DNA of 50,647 nucleotides, taken from Octopus bimaculoides. Lineage: Eukaryota. The stretch's first letter is position 1, and each line of letters opens with the position of its first letter. Both the position numbers and the translations under genes were made by a program. Under the pieces are notes generated by a model. It did no database searches, was not told the DNA's origin, and saw only the letters and a program-made list of their open reading frames with translations. Below, in pieces: positions 23,350-36,494 of this stretch. The stretch lies in the NCBI RefSeq assembly GCF_001194135.2, contig NC_068987.1:95225916-95276562 (forward strand). The letters run 5' to 3'.

Positions 23350-23721
23350 CAATGAGTTTCATGAACTCATCTTAGTGGACCGTCAGCGAACAATTGACAA
23401 ACTTGATGACACTGGTGTGCTCTGGAGTTCCTGCCAATGAATTTTGAGCGAGGAATCGCGAATGAAAGAGTTGAAGAAAAATTTGTACCTCATTTGCTCA
23501 CGGAAGATCAAAAGGGGTTATGACTGAATTCGTATCGTGAACTAAAAGAACAGCTGTAAGTTGATCCAGGCCGCTTTTCGAAGGTCATCACTTGTGACAA
23601 AAGCTGGTGCAATAGGATTTGAGGATGTGAAACAGGTGAAGTAAAAAAAGACAGAAGCGTTAAAAGACGTCACTTCGCAAGAGTTCCAGGACTGCTTTGA
23701 ACAGTGGAAAACGCATTCGGA
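23350..23721 (+). mobile_element. Internally deleted mariner transposase remnant
   Basis: DRQRTIDKL...SCQ*ILSEE.RMK...KFVPHLLTEDQK...ELKEQL*VDPGRFSKVITCDKSWC joined directly to FEDVKQVK.KKTEALKDVTSQEFQDCFEQWK. Confidence 0.85.
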
Positions 23722-24195
23722 CCGTTGGAACAGGGTGAAGATCTTGAAAGACGCACCGACGGACTTGAAAATTTTCCACAGGGATGTATGGTCGACCGTG
23801 TCGAAAGCTACCTTGAGATTAAGGAAGGCTATGTAGAGATGGTGACCTTTGAAGTACTCCCGAGATCCTTCAATGATGGGACGAATGGCTAAAATATGAT
23901 AGACTATAGATTGATTTGGCATGAATCCGGCTTGCGGTGCGCGGTGTCTGATTCTAATGGCAGGAAGAGCACGATTGAGGAGGATCCTGGTGAAGAGCTC
24001 GCCTGGGATGGAGAGGAGCGTTTTGCCCCTGTGGTTGTTGCAGACAAGTTTGCCACACTTCCGTTTCCAGATGGGGAGGATGGTGCCGTGCTTCTATTCA
24101 TTTTGCAGTCGTTCTGAAATCCATATATAGCTGATGATGCGAGTGAGGCACTGAATAAGGTTTTCTCCATCCGTTTCCAACATCTCCGAGGTGAT
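23722..24195 (-). mobile_element. RTE-clade LINE RT fragment
   Basis: GENLIQCLTRIISYIW...HGTILPIWKRKCGKLVCNNHRGKTLLSIPGELFTRILLNR...QAGFMPNQS...LYIAFLNLKVAFDTVDHTSLWKI. Confidence 0.88.
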
Positions 24196-24539
24196 AATGC
24201 AAAACATTTTTGTTTATTTCATTAAAGTTATATGTGATCTGCATTTTATAGAGAGCTTCCTTATGTAGAAGTGTTCTCGATATTTATGTAAATTTACTTC
24301 ACGGAATATTAACAGTCTTTGAAATCTTTACCATATATGTATGTAATCAATCAATTGTGATTTCTAAGCTAGATTCATAACATTAACATATAATGGCATA
24401 GTCTATCAGATGCCAGTGTTTGGATCAGGGATGCCTCCATGTTGTCTGGGATTCATATTATAATCAATCCACTGGGATTTATATCATAATGATACAATAG
24501 TGCTTGCTATAGCTTTGACAAATACCTTCTAATGCCTCT

Positions 24540-24590
24540 TTTACTCCTGTCGTTTCTGAACTGTGGCCATGCTGTAGTACTGCCTTATAG
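24540..24590 (-). mobile_element. SINE A / CR1-type 3' tail fragment
   Basis: Reverse complement GGCAGTACTACAGCATGGCCACAGTTCAGAAACGACAGGAGTAAAAG. Confidence 0.55.
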
Positions 24591-24639
24591 ATTTTCGACT
24601 TTTGAGGCCTAAACAGACGGATGAGGATTATAATCTAGC

Positions 24640-25150
24640 GCTGATAAGAAAACTGAAACACAAAACTCCCGATTGGTAAGTTATTGACTTGGTCAGTCGC
24701 TCTTTCTTTGAAAATGCTTATATAGCATTAAAGGAAATAATGTCAATACCAAAATTCCATGAAATATTAAGTAGTTGTGACAAAACAACACCAACAAGTA
24801 ATAACCAAATGTCAACTGGATGTGAAAGAGAAGACACAAACGACATTATAACCAAGCGTATAGTAAGAGATTGTGTAATGTCATTGAAATATTAACTTCG
24901 TAAGAGACATGACATGGCCGCCAAAACAATTCGAAATGTAATTTGACAAAGAAGAAAGACTTCAACAGAGACAACCGAACTGATAATTGAAAATGATAGA
25001 TTTTCAAAAAACTGGTAAAAGTTAGAAAGAGGCATTGAAAAGCATGCGAAGACAAAACTCGCATGACATTATTATTTGAGAAATTAAATTGTAATACATG
25101 TTCTATTGTAATAACTATTGGTACACTTGATGTCGTCAGTTATAAGAAAA
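24640..25150 (+). mobile_element. Degenerate R4/Dong-like CCHC/REL fragment
   Basis: FENAYIALKE...GCEREDTNDIIT...*LRKRHDMAAKTIRNVI (RHD.VAK hallmark after the knuckle), then NSHDIII* (PDIIIW-like). Confidence 0.55.
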
Positions 25151-25381
25151 GAGAGTGATTACATAAAACAAAATATTATTAATGGATCACAAACAAGAAC
25201 GTTTTACAAGTAAAATAACCTTGTTATAAATAAATTCTGCTTTAAACCAGAAATATATTACTGTAAAAGTTACCAATTCTAATGGGGATTACTCTGTATG
25301 CATGTAAATATATATACATATATACATGAATACATGCATATATGGACACATGCACATATACGTATAAATAACTCTATTCTA

Positions 25382-25384
<3 letters not shown>

Positions 25385-25454
<70 letters not shown>
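25385..25454. repeat. (CT)n microsatellite
   Basis: Seen directly. Confidence 0.95.
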
Positions 25455-25458
<4 letters not shown>

Positions 25459-25599
25459 ATATCTATACATATACATACATGTGTGTGTGTATATAGGTGT
25501 GTGTCGGTGTATGTATATTTTCTTCTGCTTTTAATTTTCTGAAGTGTTGCAGTAAGAAAGGAGCTAATTGCTAGCAAAGATTCAAAACTCCATGATTGG

Positions 25600-27400
25600 A
25601 ATGTAGATAACCAAAACATCACGCTTTGAACCTCACAAATGTCTTGCATATTTTTACTATTGCACTTACTGTTTGGATTTGTAATGTACATGCTAGCTGG
25701 TTGATTTCTTTTCCTTGAAAAACCTAACATATCCAGATTGTCACTTAGAGATTTACTCAGAAAAGGAAGTGCATCAATCATTATTTGGTATAAATGTAAA
25801 TTTATAATTTTGGTATAGAAGCTAAAGATCTGGAAGTCATTGTACGTAACAATCTATCTCTTTGATTGTCGAAGAGATATTCACATCAGCAGAGGAACTG
25901 ACCTCTATTCCGGTACATAAGTTTTCTTGTTTGTCATGAATAAGGATATCCGGCTTTTAATGATTGCACTTGGATGAAGTTTTGGTGGAAATGTCCCATT
26001 GCGTTGATATTTGTGTATGTATGAAACAACTGTAGTGCTCTATATATTATGCCAGGAAAATACTAGCACTGAGACTACTAAAGCATTGACATATAATCTT
26101 GTTAAATGCACACAGCTCTGATTTCCATATCATCCGGAATCTACAGAAGTTTTCCATCGTTATTCTGATTTTAATCACGGCACTAAGGTATGCAACATTC
26201 TCATTGATTCCAAGATACTTAGTTCCCATCATTAGAGACAGGAGAGATAGACAAGCCATTGATGTACATGTGATTTGCCTGGTCGACAAGCTTTCCTCAG
26301 TTGACTCTCATACATGAGCATTTTTGTGGCTCAAACTCCATTCCTTCGTCCCGTAAGAATGTTGTGACTATTTCTAATTATGTCTAGGTGTTGTTTATTT
26401 TAACAGAATATGATTTTAGCTCATCAACAAAAAATGAGTGAGTGACCTTAACATTATTCTTTTCTAACTATCCCGGCATACAGTCTTAACATTTAATAGA
26501 GCTTGAAGAGGGATTCACTGCCAGTCCAAAGAGTATTACTGATAAATTATCAGCCTGGAATACGCCAATTGATAACAAAATTCTGTTTGTGTCAATGATA
26601 ATTGGGGACTATTTTGTGGTCAGTCTTTCTACGGCATTCACTGTAGCAGCTGGCACTTTGACAAGGTGTAGTGATTCTATAATCCGTCAGTGAGGCTCAG
26701 AGTCGAACGTCTTCTTGTAGATTACCCATAGTGTTAAAAGATTACTGCAATGTTGCTTGACTTTCCCCGAGGACAGCTTTGTTGAAAAGCTGCTCAGCAC
26801 AGTCCCAGACTCTTTTCCTTCTTCCTCCTATCTATTCACCAGTTATCACAACATTTGAATAGCATTAATCTAGAAGGTGCATATTCAGACAACAACCTGT
26901 GAACAGTTTGTACATAACATTCAAGCATGCTCTGGGCCTATCGTGCTTAGTGTACACGAGTCTCTTTCTTCTTGGGTGTAAGAGTAGTTCATGCAAACGT
27001 CAGCCAATCTGGTATATCTAGCTCAGCGGCCATTGCTTTTTAAAAGAGGATCGTGAGAATTTCCCTGTAGGACTTGAGGTGCTTGTGCCACAAGCCTGAT
27101 ATCAGGTCTCTCTCAGCTGATTTTCCATTCTGCAGTTTCATGATAACTATTAGTGTTTCACTGCTGGTGCTATGTATTACGGGAGAAGCAGTTACACAAT
27201 ACTCACTTCGTAGTTCGTTTAACCATAATAAATCATCATTGTACTCCTTGTTTACATATCAATTTTCTCACCAGAATGGCTCTAAGTCATTTTTTTGTTT
27301 GTAGTATATCATCCACGACTCAAATCCTATCCAGCGTGCACTTGAGAAACCCCAAACTGGGCATAAATACTGGCGTAGTAAATAGATTATAAGCCACTGA
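25600..27400 (-). mobile_element. R4/Dong-like non-LTR retrotransposon, RT plus REL, internally deleted
   Basis: KLQNGKSAERDLISGLWHK, IPDWLT, HDRPRACLNVMYKLFTGC, VWDCAEQLFNKAVL, WVIYKKTFDSEPH, GVFQADNLSVILF, THSFFVDELKSY, KYLGINEN, IWKSELCAFNK; then a jump to KPDILIHDK...IEVSSSAD and terminal IVKICKTFVRFKA* (stop at about 25619). Confidence 0.9.
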
Positions 27401-29979
27401 TTTATTGTATGCACAGCCTCATTATAAAAAATAGATGCACAGTTAACATTCTCCTCATAAGACAATTTCTGTGAAATTATTTTACTAAATTTTCAGAATT
27501 AATGTTTTAGAATGTTAGGTGGTTGATTAGTGTTTTGTGAATACGCCCTATGAATTTATTAGGTGTGCTACAGACATCGTAAATGCTTGCTGTTTGATTG
27601 ATATTAATATCTAAAATGTTTGCTACGTTATCTTAAATATTCCCAGTAACACTGAGGTCAACGGTTCCAAAAATATTAATGAAATCTCTTCTAAAAAGGA
27701 TTAGCTAGTATCCATTTATATTGCCTGTTAATATTAAATCGCCATTTCTGTACAATCCTAAGTTTTTAAAAATAAATTTAGCTAGTACACTGTTTAAAAT
27801 AAATTACCACTTGAAGTGCAAAATCTCCTTTATCTAGAACAATATTTAGCAGTTTTCAAATCTTATAAATGACTTATATAGCAAACTCTTACAAAAAGAC
27901 ATATCTCCTATGCCGAAAATCATATCTTTTTTTCCAAGATTGCTGCCTCTGTCCAAATAAAACTGACGCACACATGATTTAGAGTTCGCACCAAAATTAT
28001 ATTTCAATAAAACTTCGATGATTTTGTCTTTAACTTTGCGCATGCCCCAAATTATTGAACAAATTTTCGCTACTGAAGCATCAACGCCTAGGTGCTGCTT
28101 ACGGTTCCGTATTAGGTTCATATACTTTTTCAGATTATTCTATCTAAAAGCAATATTATAATATAAAATAAAAAAGGAAAAATGTCTGAAATATGAAATA
28201 TTTTGCTGCCTAATACAAGGTAAAGTGTGGTGGGAATGGTGTTTATTTTCAAAGTGTGCACTGTGCTATTCTGTTGAACCTAAAATTTTGGGATAATATT
28301 TGTATAATTAACTTTAGACTAGTCTGATCTAATTTAATCCTGTCTTCTGAACTGTGTATTCTTTAATTTGAAAACAAAATGACCGTACGGTTGCGTAATG
28401 ATACTATTTAAACAGAATCGTTACAAGCAAGATATGCTTTGTTTCATAAATTTACAAAAACTTTATAAATGAAAACTTACCACGAAATTGTAATGTTCAT
28501 ATAAGAAGGTGAAATCGAAAGCGAAAGAAAATGCCATGTGTAGGTAACATCAGGAATATTGAGGGTAAATTCATCTGGTAGAAATTTAATTACTTCAGGA
28601 TAGTTAGAAAGGAAGTATTTCTGAGAGGGTAGCATAAAAGCAGACAAGAAATTCATACAAGAAAATGTGAGGCATTTAGGACTATCCTGGGACCACCGAT
28701 ACAATATTTCCTTAAAGGAGACAGAAAAATTAGTGGTCTAAAGCTGAATATATTTTGGTGGAGACAGAGAACGAATGAGATTTGCTGTTCAGGGGGAGAT
28801 AATAATAATAATTAAGCTTATTACTCTCTTCTTTTCTGTAAAGAAGTTTTCTTTTAAGAGTGAAAGGACTGAGATGAGCATACATGTTACTGCATATATT
28901 TCTGTTATTATGATTCTTTATTATTATCATAATAGCGATGTATGATATCATTGCATCGTGCTTTCGAATCCTCAGCACAGCTCAACTTGAGATTTTTGAA
29001 TTATTTTATCTAAGTTCATTTCATTTGTGATCAAAATCTAAAGTTGCAGTTAACGCCTATCGATTTTTTTTTCTTGTAATAGTGAACAGAAGGGAGGAAG
29101 AGAAAATATGTATGTATAAGCAACTATATATTTTTGAGGAAAGCGTTGTGAATTTGTTTTAAAAGTCCAGGAGATTTATAGTATGCAGTGAATCTTTAAA
29201 CTGTTCCTGTCACTGAGATGAACCGGATATCTTTTGTAAACGAGGACCATAAGGGAATTATGGCGTGCAACAGAATGATCTAGATAAGTCTTTTTTCTCC
29301 TTTTTCTTTTTACTTTCATCTTCAAAAAGAATAGAAATAAAAGAAATACAAAACAAAAGAAGGTTGTGTTTTTCAGTGTACAATGGTTACAAATACAACA
29401 ACAATTATAAAAAAAAAACGCAAAAACAGGTTAACAATGACAAAAGAATAATGCGTCAAGTTGGATAGGTTTTTTTGTTAGTCATTTAATCAATGGTAGA
29501 GAGATGAAAGACAACCCTGATATCTGTTGGGATTTGAATTGAAGAAACATACATTCAAAACTCAAGGGGCAGAGATAGTTGGCTGACGATGGGGGCTGGG
29601 TGCTAAAATGAATAAGAGTAAGATGTTAACCCAATCTGTTTTGCTATCTACTAATATTTCCTTTGCATTGTTTTACGATGAATGAAAAAACAAATGATGA
29701 TATAATGTATCTACCCTACTGGTTATATTCTCTTTGTTTCGTTATTTCTTTTCCTGTTACTTTCCGTTATCTTTGAGGAATTTAGTAAATCTAGATCACA
29801 TGATACATTCTAGAAAATGACTACACCCTTCCTTATATGCAAGTTACATTATAGCATTATTTCAGTAGTTGTGTTGTGCAATTTAATCTCACGGGAGAGA
29901 ATGAAATAAGAAAAGAAAACCGACACAACGTGATCATTTGTGTGCGTGAGTATGTATGTATGTAGGTAGGTAGGTAGGT

Positions 29980-29988
29980 ATATATATG

Positions 29989-30079
<91 letters not shown>

Positions 30080-30170
30080 NNNNNNNNNNNNNNNNNNNNN
30101 NNNNNNNNNNNNNNNNNNNTGTGTGTATGCATGTGTGTATTTGTACGTGTGTGTGTGTGTGTGTGTGTGT
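29980..30170. repeat. (TA)n(GT)n microsatellite with N gap 30080-30119
   Basis: Seen directly. Confidence 0.95.
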
Positions 30171-30838
30171 ACGTATGTCTCTATGTGTCTATATATATGT
30201 GTATGTTTGTGCGTGTATATATTCCATACATACTCATACATAAATAGACGTGCAAACAAAATGGGAAGAGAACTCTCTACGTTCTGTGTGGCGTATATAG
30301 ATTACTGTTAGCAGCTTCTAGGTAAGGCAGGTTGGGATTGGATGAGGAATAAGTATTGTTCACATTGGTTATTAGCGGGAAGTGTTAACTGTCAAATGGT
30401 GTTCACTGTGAGAGAATTGTGACTGTGACAATTTACTGGATGTTGTTCAAAATGGTTACTATTGGTTATTTAGTAGAAACAGTGGCTAGTGACTTATGTA
30501 AGAAAGAGCAGAAATAGTCCCTCTTTTTGTTTAAAATATATTAATGTTGAGATTACCGTTTATGAAGAATTATAAATGGGCCATGCAAGTACTTGCAAAG
30601 ATGTATGGATGATATTAACAATATGTGGTAAGAAACTGCGTTGTTAGCAGTGTGAAGTTTAAATTTCGTCAAAAGGAGAGTAATAGACGGTTCATAAGAG
30701 ATAAGTATTTATAATGAAACCCAGTCAGCTGGAGTTACGAATAGGTAGTCTCACCTGTTTGTGGAGAAATACCGATTGAAAGGAGAATAAAATAAATTTG
30801 AATATTTTAATTATTTAGGTGAAAGAGGTATCTTTATA

Positions 30839-30840
<2 letters not shown>

Positions 30841-30905
<65 letters not shown>
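30841..30905. repeat. (GT)n microsatellite
   Basis: Seen directly. Confidence 0.95.
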
Positions 30906-30908
<3 letters not shown>

Positions 30909-30926
30909 TATGTGAATGGGTACACA

Positions 30927-31375
30927 TACCAAAGTGCATCCAAAAGAAACGTAATGTTATTTTAATCGCTTAGTTTTACATGTTTACACTTTTATCGCCT
31001 TCAAACTAATTTACAGTTGAAGCAATGCTTTGGTCCAGAAATGTTTCCATTGTTCGAAGCAATCCTGGAGCTCTTGCGAATTGATGCCTTTTAACTCCTC
31101 CATCGTTTTCTTCGTCACCTCTTCCACATCTGCAAATTCCGTAGCACCAGGTTTCGTCACCAGTGATGACCTTCGAAAGAAGATCTGGATCAACTTCCAA
31201 CTGTTCTTTCAGTTCACGACACGCATTCAGCCGTAATTGCTTTTGATCTTCCGTGAGCAAGCGAGGCAAAGATTTTACTGCAACAATTTTCATTCACAAT
31301 TTTTCGCTCAAAATTCGTTGACAGGAGTTTGGAGAATGGCAAGTGTTTCGGCCACCGTTTTTCCCGGCAGAAAAC
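30927..31375 (-). mobile_element. Internally deleted mariner remnant with one TIR
   Basis: LPRLLTEDQKQLRLNACRELKEQLEVDPDLLSKVITGDETWCYG joined to FADVEEVTKKTMEELKGINSQELQDCFEQWK. TA plus TIR-like CCAAAGTGCATCCAAAAG at 30927. Confidence 0.88.
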
Positions 31376-31439
31376 AGTGTTATTGAATCAAGGACTTACA
31401 GAAAATATAGTTGAAGGGTGTCTAGTGACTTGGCGCAGG

Positions 31440-32335
31440 TTCGAGAATCCGTCTTAGTTTCCTAAATTAGGTGGAGACCTATATAGAGATGACGCTATCT
31501 TCATTTTATTTAAGTGTAGCAAAGAAGACCTGGAAAAAAATAGGAAAAAATCTGTTTAAATTCTTTAAAAATGCTGAACCTACCAGAAAATGTTGGACCT
31601 TCCTGAAAAGGATTACCGTCTAGTTAATTTTCTAGATATATCAATAGTCTAAAATACTGACTTGTATGAATTATATCACAAGTACAATGAACATTTGAGA
31701 TATGTTAATTAAAATTCTAATCATCCAAAATTCTATCTATCCCCGTTCAATTATATATGCAATAGTAAATAGCGTATGTTGTAGGATATCAAGACTATCA
31801 GCGAATGAAAAGCTCTTTAACTTACTTGCAGAATATTATTACGTAGCACTAGCAAGAGCTGGGTTTAACGAGGAATAAAAAACCTAAATATATATCCAGT
31901 AATAGCGTAGAGGAAAACTGCAACAATGACAACAGGGAAACATAACAGTAGGTTGAATAGCAAAAATCTGTTAAATGGAGAAGGTGTTATAAATTCTACA
32001 GATAAGGAATTCTCTTCGAAAAATAAAAGTAATAGTACATATAAAATTATGAGTTAATAAAGAAAAGGAAAACTTCAATATTGAATCTATCAGAAATTTA
32101 TCAGGAGATGAATGTATAAATCGTGAAATCCATAATAAACGTCCTGATAATGAATCAAATCAGAGGAGTACATTATGGTATAAACCTGAATCCGGACTCA
32201 GATATAAGCTAAGCTTGCGAAAGATTTTTGCAAAAATCTAAAGGTACCACGAAATCTTCAATATATAGTCAAAGTGAAGTTATCGTATGTAACCTCACAA
32301 GACTTGAAATATTATATTCATAAATTTCATAAAAG
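31440..32335 (+). mobile_element. Degenerate Penelope-like RT/linker fragment
   Basis: GDLYRDDAIFI (catalytic motif, 31473), LVNFLDISI, YVN*NSNHP, IVNSVCCRISRLSANEKLFN...YYVALARAGFNEE, STLWYKP, VKLSY. Colinear with the PLE at 9931-10727. Confidence 0.8.
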
Positions 32336-33089
32336 CTAACTTAACGAAATAAATGAAAATTCCAACAATAGGTTTACTTGTAATATTAGTCTCATAGATT
32401 ACGATAACAATAACACTATTATGAGGAATAGTTTTACTAACATGTATAAATATATCATTAACAATATTAACGAGAATATCAATGACAGTGATAATAAACA
32501 TATTAATGATAATAACATCGATTATAATAATTATATTATTGATAAGGTCAACAAAATATTTATTATAATACTAATAATAATGATTGTAGTAACATGAGTT
32601 GCGCTAATAATGACCAATTCTTTTAATAAGAAAAATGCAATTTTAGAAATAAAGTTGTATGTCCTGTTGAAATAACGTTAAATATCTTTGAAAAGAATTT
32701 ATAAAGATGCTTATTGCGAGCTCATGAAAAGGATGATGCAAATTTCGCTTGGGAGAGATTTTATGTATCTTGCTGTCCAAATAAAAACTAATTAGAAAAC
32801 ATACGGAAATGCTTTGCGTAACCTCAGCTTTAGGAAAACGTTCAGAATCAGTTTGGGAAAACATTAATACGGCATTTTCAAATGTGTATTTGAAAAGTAA
32901 TATAAGATAATTCATAAATGTATGGATGTATGTATGTACTATGTATGTATGTATGGACGTTCGTACGTATGTATGCGCGCGCGCGCGTGTGCAAATGTTT
33001 TTATATGGATAAAAGTGTGTACAGGTGAATATTGTTATGTGCGAGTGTTGTTACCTTAGAAAAGATATGTGTATAAGTGTGTATGGTTG

Positions 33090-33240
33090 TATGAAAATCC
33101 ACTCGGTGCTCTTCCCTACAGTTTTCCGTTGACTAGTCTTAACTCACAGGGATTGTGTCGACCCGGAGCTATAAAATAATGTTATTTTCCCAATATGCCA
33201 CCGGCAAATAGGATCTGATTGCATGCTGCGTGTTTGAAAA
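33090..33240 (-). mobile_element. Old SINE family A fragment
   Basis: Reverse complement GGTGGCATATTGGGAAAAT...TATAGCTCCGGGTCGACAC..CCCTGTGAGT...CAACGGAAAACTG resembles the family A body. Confidence 0.5.
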
Positions 33241-33499
33241 GTTCGTATCTCTACGGCTTTCACTTGCTATATGCATTTGTGTGTAAGGCACTTCTATGAA
33301 TTTTGCTTTGTTGGGTAAAAAATAATTATTACATCAACAATGTAGGGTTTCTTAACCTAGCACCCACCAAAAGACTCCCCTAATGAACAAGGGTAAAAAC
33401 TATTAGCGTCAAGTTCGTTGTGAAGATTGTTGGTTTCATGAAGATGATGACTGTAATTATATTTATCGTCAAATACATAATCACAATTGCTTTGATTAA

Positions 33500-33790
33500 T
33501 CAATATCATCATCATCATCATCATCGTTGTCATTGGAGTCGTCGTCGTAGCCGTCGTAGTCGTTGTTGTTGTCATTAATAGTTTCAATTCTTATATTTTC
33601 TTACTCGTATATTTCATAAATGGCAATGGTTGACTTGCATCATTTTTTCTGTGACTCATCATACTCCTCTTCATCATCGCCGTTATCATCATCATCATCA
33701 TCATCATCATCACTTAACCACTACTATCATCACCCTCCTCCCCTCCTCCTTCTTCTCCTCCTCATCGTCGTCATTCTTATTATCATCCTA
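33500..33790. repeat. (CAT)n, (CGT/GTT)n and (CCT)n low-complexity array
   Basis: Seen directly. Confidence 0.9.
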
Positions 33791-34399
33791 CCCATTACCA
33801 TCTGTTTACAGTAACATATGAAAATAATTTGTACATATGGAATCTTTCTGCACATTGCTTTGCATTTATCTTGCATTTACCTAAACTTGTTTGTATGTGC
33901 GACTGTAAATACGAGTCTTTGTATTTATGTACATTTATCTCTAAACTATACAGACTTCTTATCGGTTGAATTAGCATTTCTAAAATCCATTCGCACATAC
34001 CATTGTTGTTAGTCACGTCGATAGTCTCTAGGCAACAACTTGAGTAGTGAAGTATTCTCTGTGTTTAATGAGTAAATTTATATTTACTGTTCCCCTATTT
34101 AACAGAAACTATTTTGTTTTTACTGAATGAGCTTTAAATTATAACACAAACAAAGCACATTTCTCGCAACTATGTCAAAGAAATAGTTTCTTTGTAATTG
34201 CATGAGGCATTTCTATAATTTGTTAAGAGCTGAGTTAACAACAATAAACAGAAATGAAGTTTTAAAAGATACAGAGTGAGAAATGTGTTTGAAAGTCTTC
34301 TCTACTGGTGTTGATGTTACTGTTGCTATTGTTACGCTTGGATGATGTTGTTGTTCAGATTGTTGTGGCTACATGTTTAAGGGGCCTTCTTTCATTTGC

Positions 34400-35560
34400 T
34401 TTCTGTTTTAAGAACAAAACCTTTCGGTATCTGTAATGTATGTGGTGCCGGAGGGCCAAAGCCTATAATATCACATGTTCAGTAGTGAGGTACCACTAGG
34501 CTGATTGACATCTACCAAGTGAAGCAGGTCAGGGGTTGCTTCGAGTCACGTCTGTTCAGTTTAGATCTAGAGTTCCATTCCTATCCTCAACCAGTTCTCT
34601 TTGCGTAGTTTCTTCATTTCCAATATTAGGGTTTCTTTTTCAAAGGTCGACCAATACAGTTTTCACCAACCAGTAGATGCTTCTTTTTTATGGTACATCC
34701 ATCACAATCAGTCTTATCTTGCGTCGGCCAAGTTATAAGTCTAATAGGATTAATTAAACATTTCTGAGGGAGGCTATAGAGTGGTTTCTTACCTAGATTT
34801 CTGTGGCCAATCTGATGTCGACTGCACCGCAGTGTCTGCTACGAGCGATGAAAATTCTTTGGACAGATTTCCGGTGCCTTTCTACGTGGACATACGTTGG
34901 TCACTATTTATATCAAGCCTTCATATTATCTTAGGTATATCTACGCTATCTATATCAGCTTCCGGGTTGTAGCATCAGACATTCTTAAAACATTTTTTTG
35001 ATTGTCGTTCCAGTATGTTATGTTCATAACTGGAGTAAGCAGTGTATTTATACCTATTAACTTATTTCTAACATTTCGTTCAGTCTTTAATATTAATCTC
35101 AAAGTGCTGTCGTACTCTATTTTGTTCCCCTTCCTTCGTTCTGTGTATTGTATCAGTTTTATCAGTCACTTGGTAGTTTCACGATTTGTTCAAGGATTAT
35201 TCTACAAGTTCCGTGTCTGCCTCAAATTTAATGCTTTTAGGTTCAACTAATATACTCCTTGTTTATCTCGGATGTATTTTAAAATCTTGACTGAATTCCG
35301 GATCAAATTTCAGTTGGTTCTCCTGTTGAGTTTTGTCTTTCCAATTAGTTTTGTAAGAGTTATATAGAAAATATTCTCGGTCATATGTTCGTAAAACTTA
35401 TAAATAATGTTTGTGACATCATCAGATTTATTAATGCAGCAAAATATAGAGGAGTTGAGTGAATAAAGTGTCTCCATGAAAGACAGCACGTCTCTGTGTG
35501 CTACATGTAAGAATATATCAGGAAAACTTTTCAAACACATCATACGAGAGGTTCAACGAC
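34400..35560 (-). mobile_element. Very degenerate R4/Dong-like RT-thumb fragment
   Basis: FHGDTLF (QGDSLS-like), EFSQDF, NKLIGINTLLTPVMNITYW, RLDINSDQR..*KGTGNL, ENWLRIG...TEQ. Many stops. Confidence 0.5.
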
Positions 35561-36237
35561 AAAACAAAAAAAGAATAGGTGATTAATAACTCTTTCCAAT
35601 TTAGGTGATAGGCTAGTAATTTGGAGGGGAATAGTTGTAGGTTTGGTCATTCTCATAGACTTCATAAATTGACAGGTACCTTATTGTATCTACCACGAAA
35701 TGACGAAATGTGCTTCAAAACATACCCTAACATACCAGAAAAAGAACAATGTCTGAACACATGAGACATGATGCTTATAACGGTTATATATTTTGTCATT
35801 TCACTGACCAGGACTAAAATCAACAGAGGCAACCTAGGCGTGATCATCGCACCTTTTTTTACAGATATATATTTTTCAGTTCTACATCATTTTCTTTCCC
35901 CCTTTGTGATTCCAGTGAAATTTATTATAGCTTGTAACTATATCATTAGATCTTATATCAAGAGAGTTGAGCAATTTACGTCCTAATAGTTGTTCCCCGA
36001 TTACAACCATGTTGTGTACTAATCAACCCTTTCCTATCATTGCTGCATTCCTTCACATTTATGATCGAATTCTACGGGTCCCGTATTTTTCTTTCTGTTT
36101 TCGCGTTACTTGTTCTCATCCTTGTCTAAAGATCCTTCAATATGGCGATATTCACATTTCTAGATATAAGACATTCATTTGTGTTCCGGGGAAATGTTTC
36201 TCATGGCATTACACTACACGGCTAAATTTATTTCACT

Positions 36238-36288
<51 letters not shown>

Positions 36289-36494
36289 TCACATGCATGT
36301 ATATATGCATATGGGTGTGTGTATATATATGGATATATATGTGGGAGTGTATTACATGCATCAGTGATTGTTAATCCAGTCTAAGACAACTGTGGATGTT
36401 TTTGTTCGACTTTTACGGAAGGGTGATCAATACTCTTAGAGATAACAAATCACACCCATCAATCTACCACCACCCCACACGTATATCTTTGTAC

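Noticed and set aside
35620-36200. Possible CR1/L2 RT remnant (minus strand GLISTQHGCNRG)
   Set aside because: A single weak motif, with the following DF.KAFD motif not recoverable.
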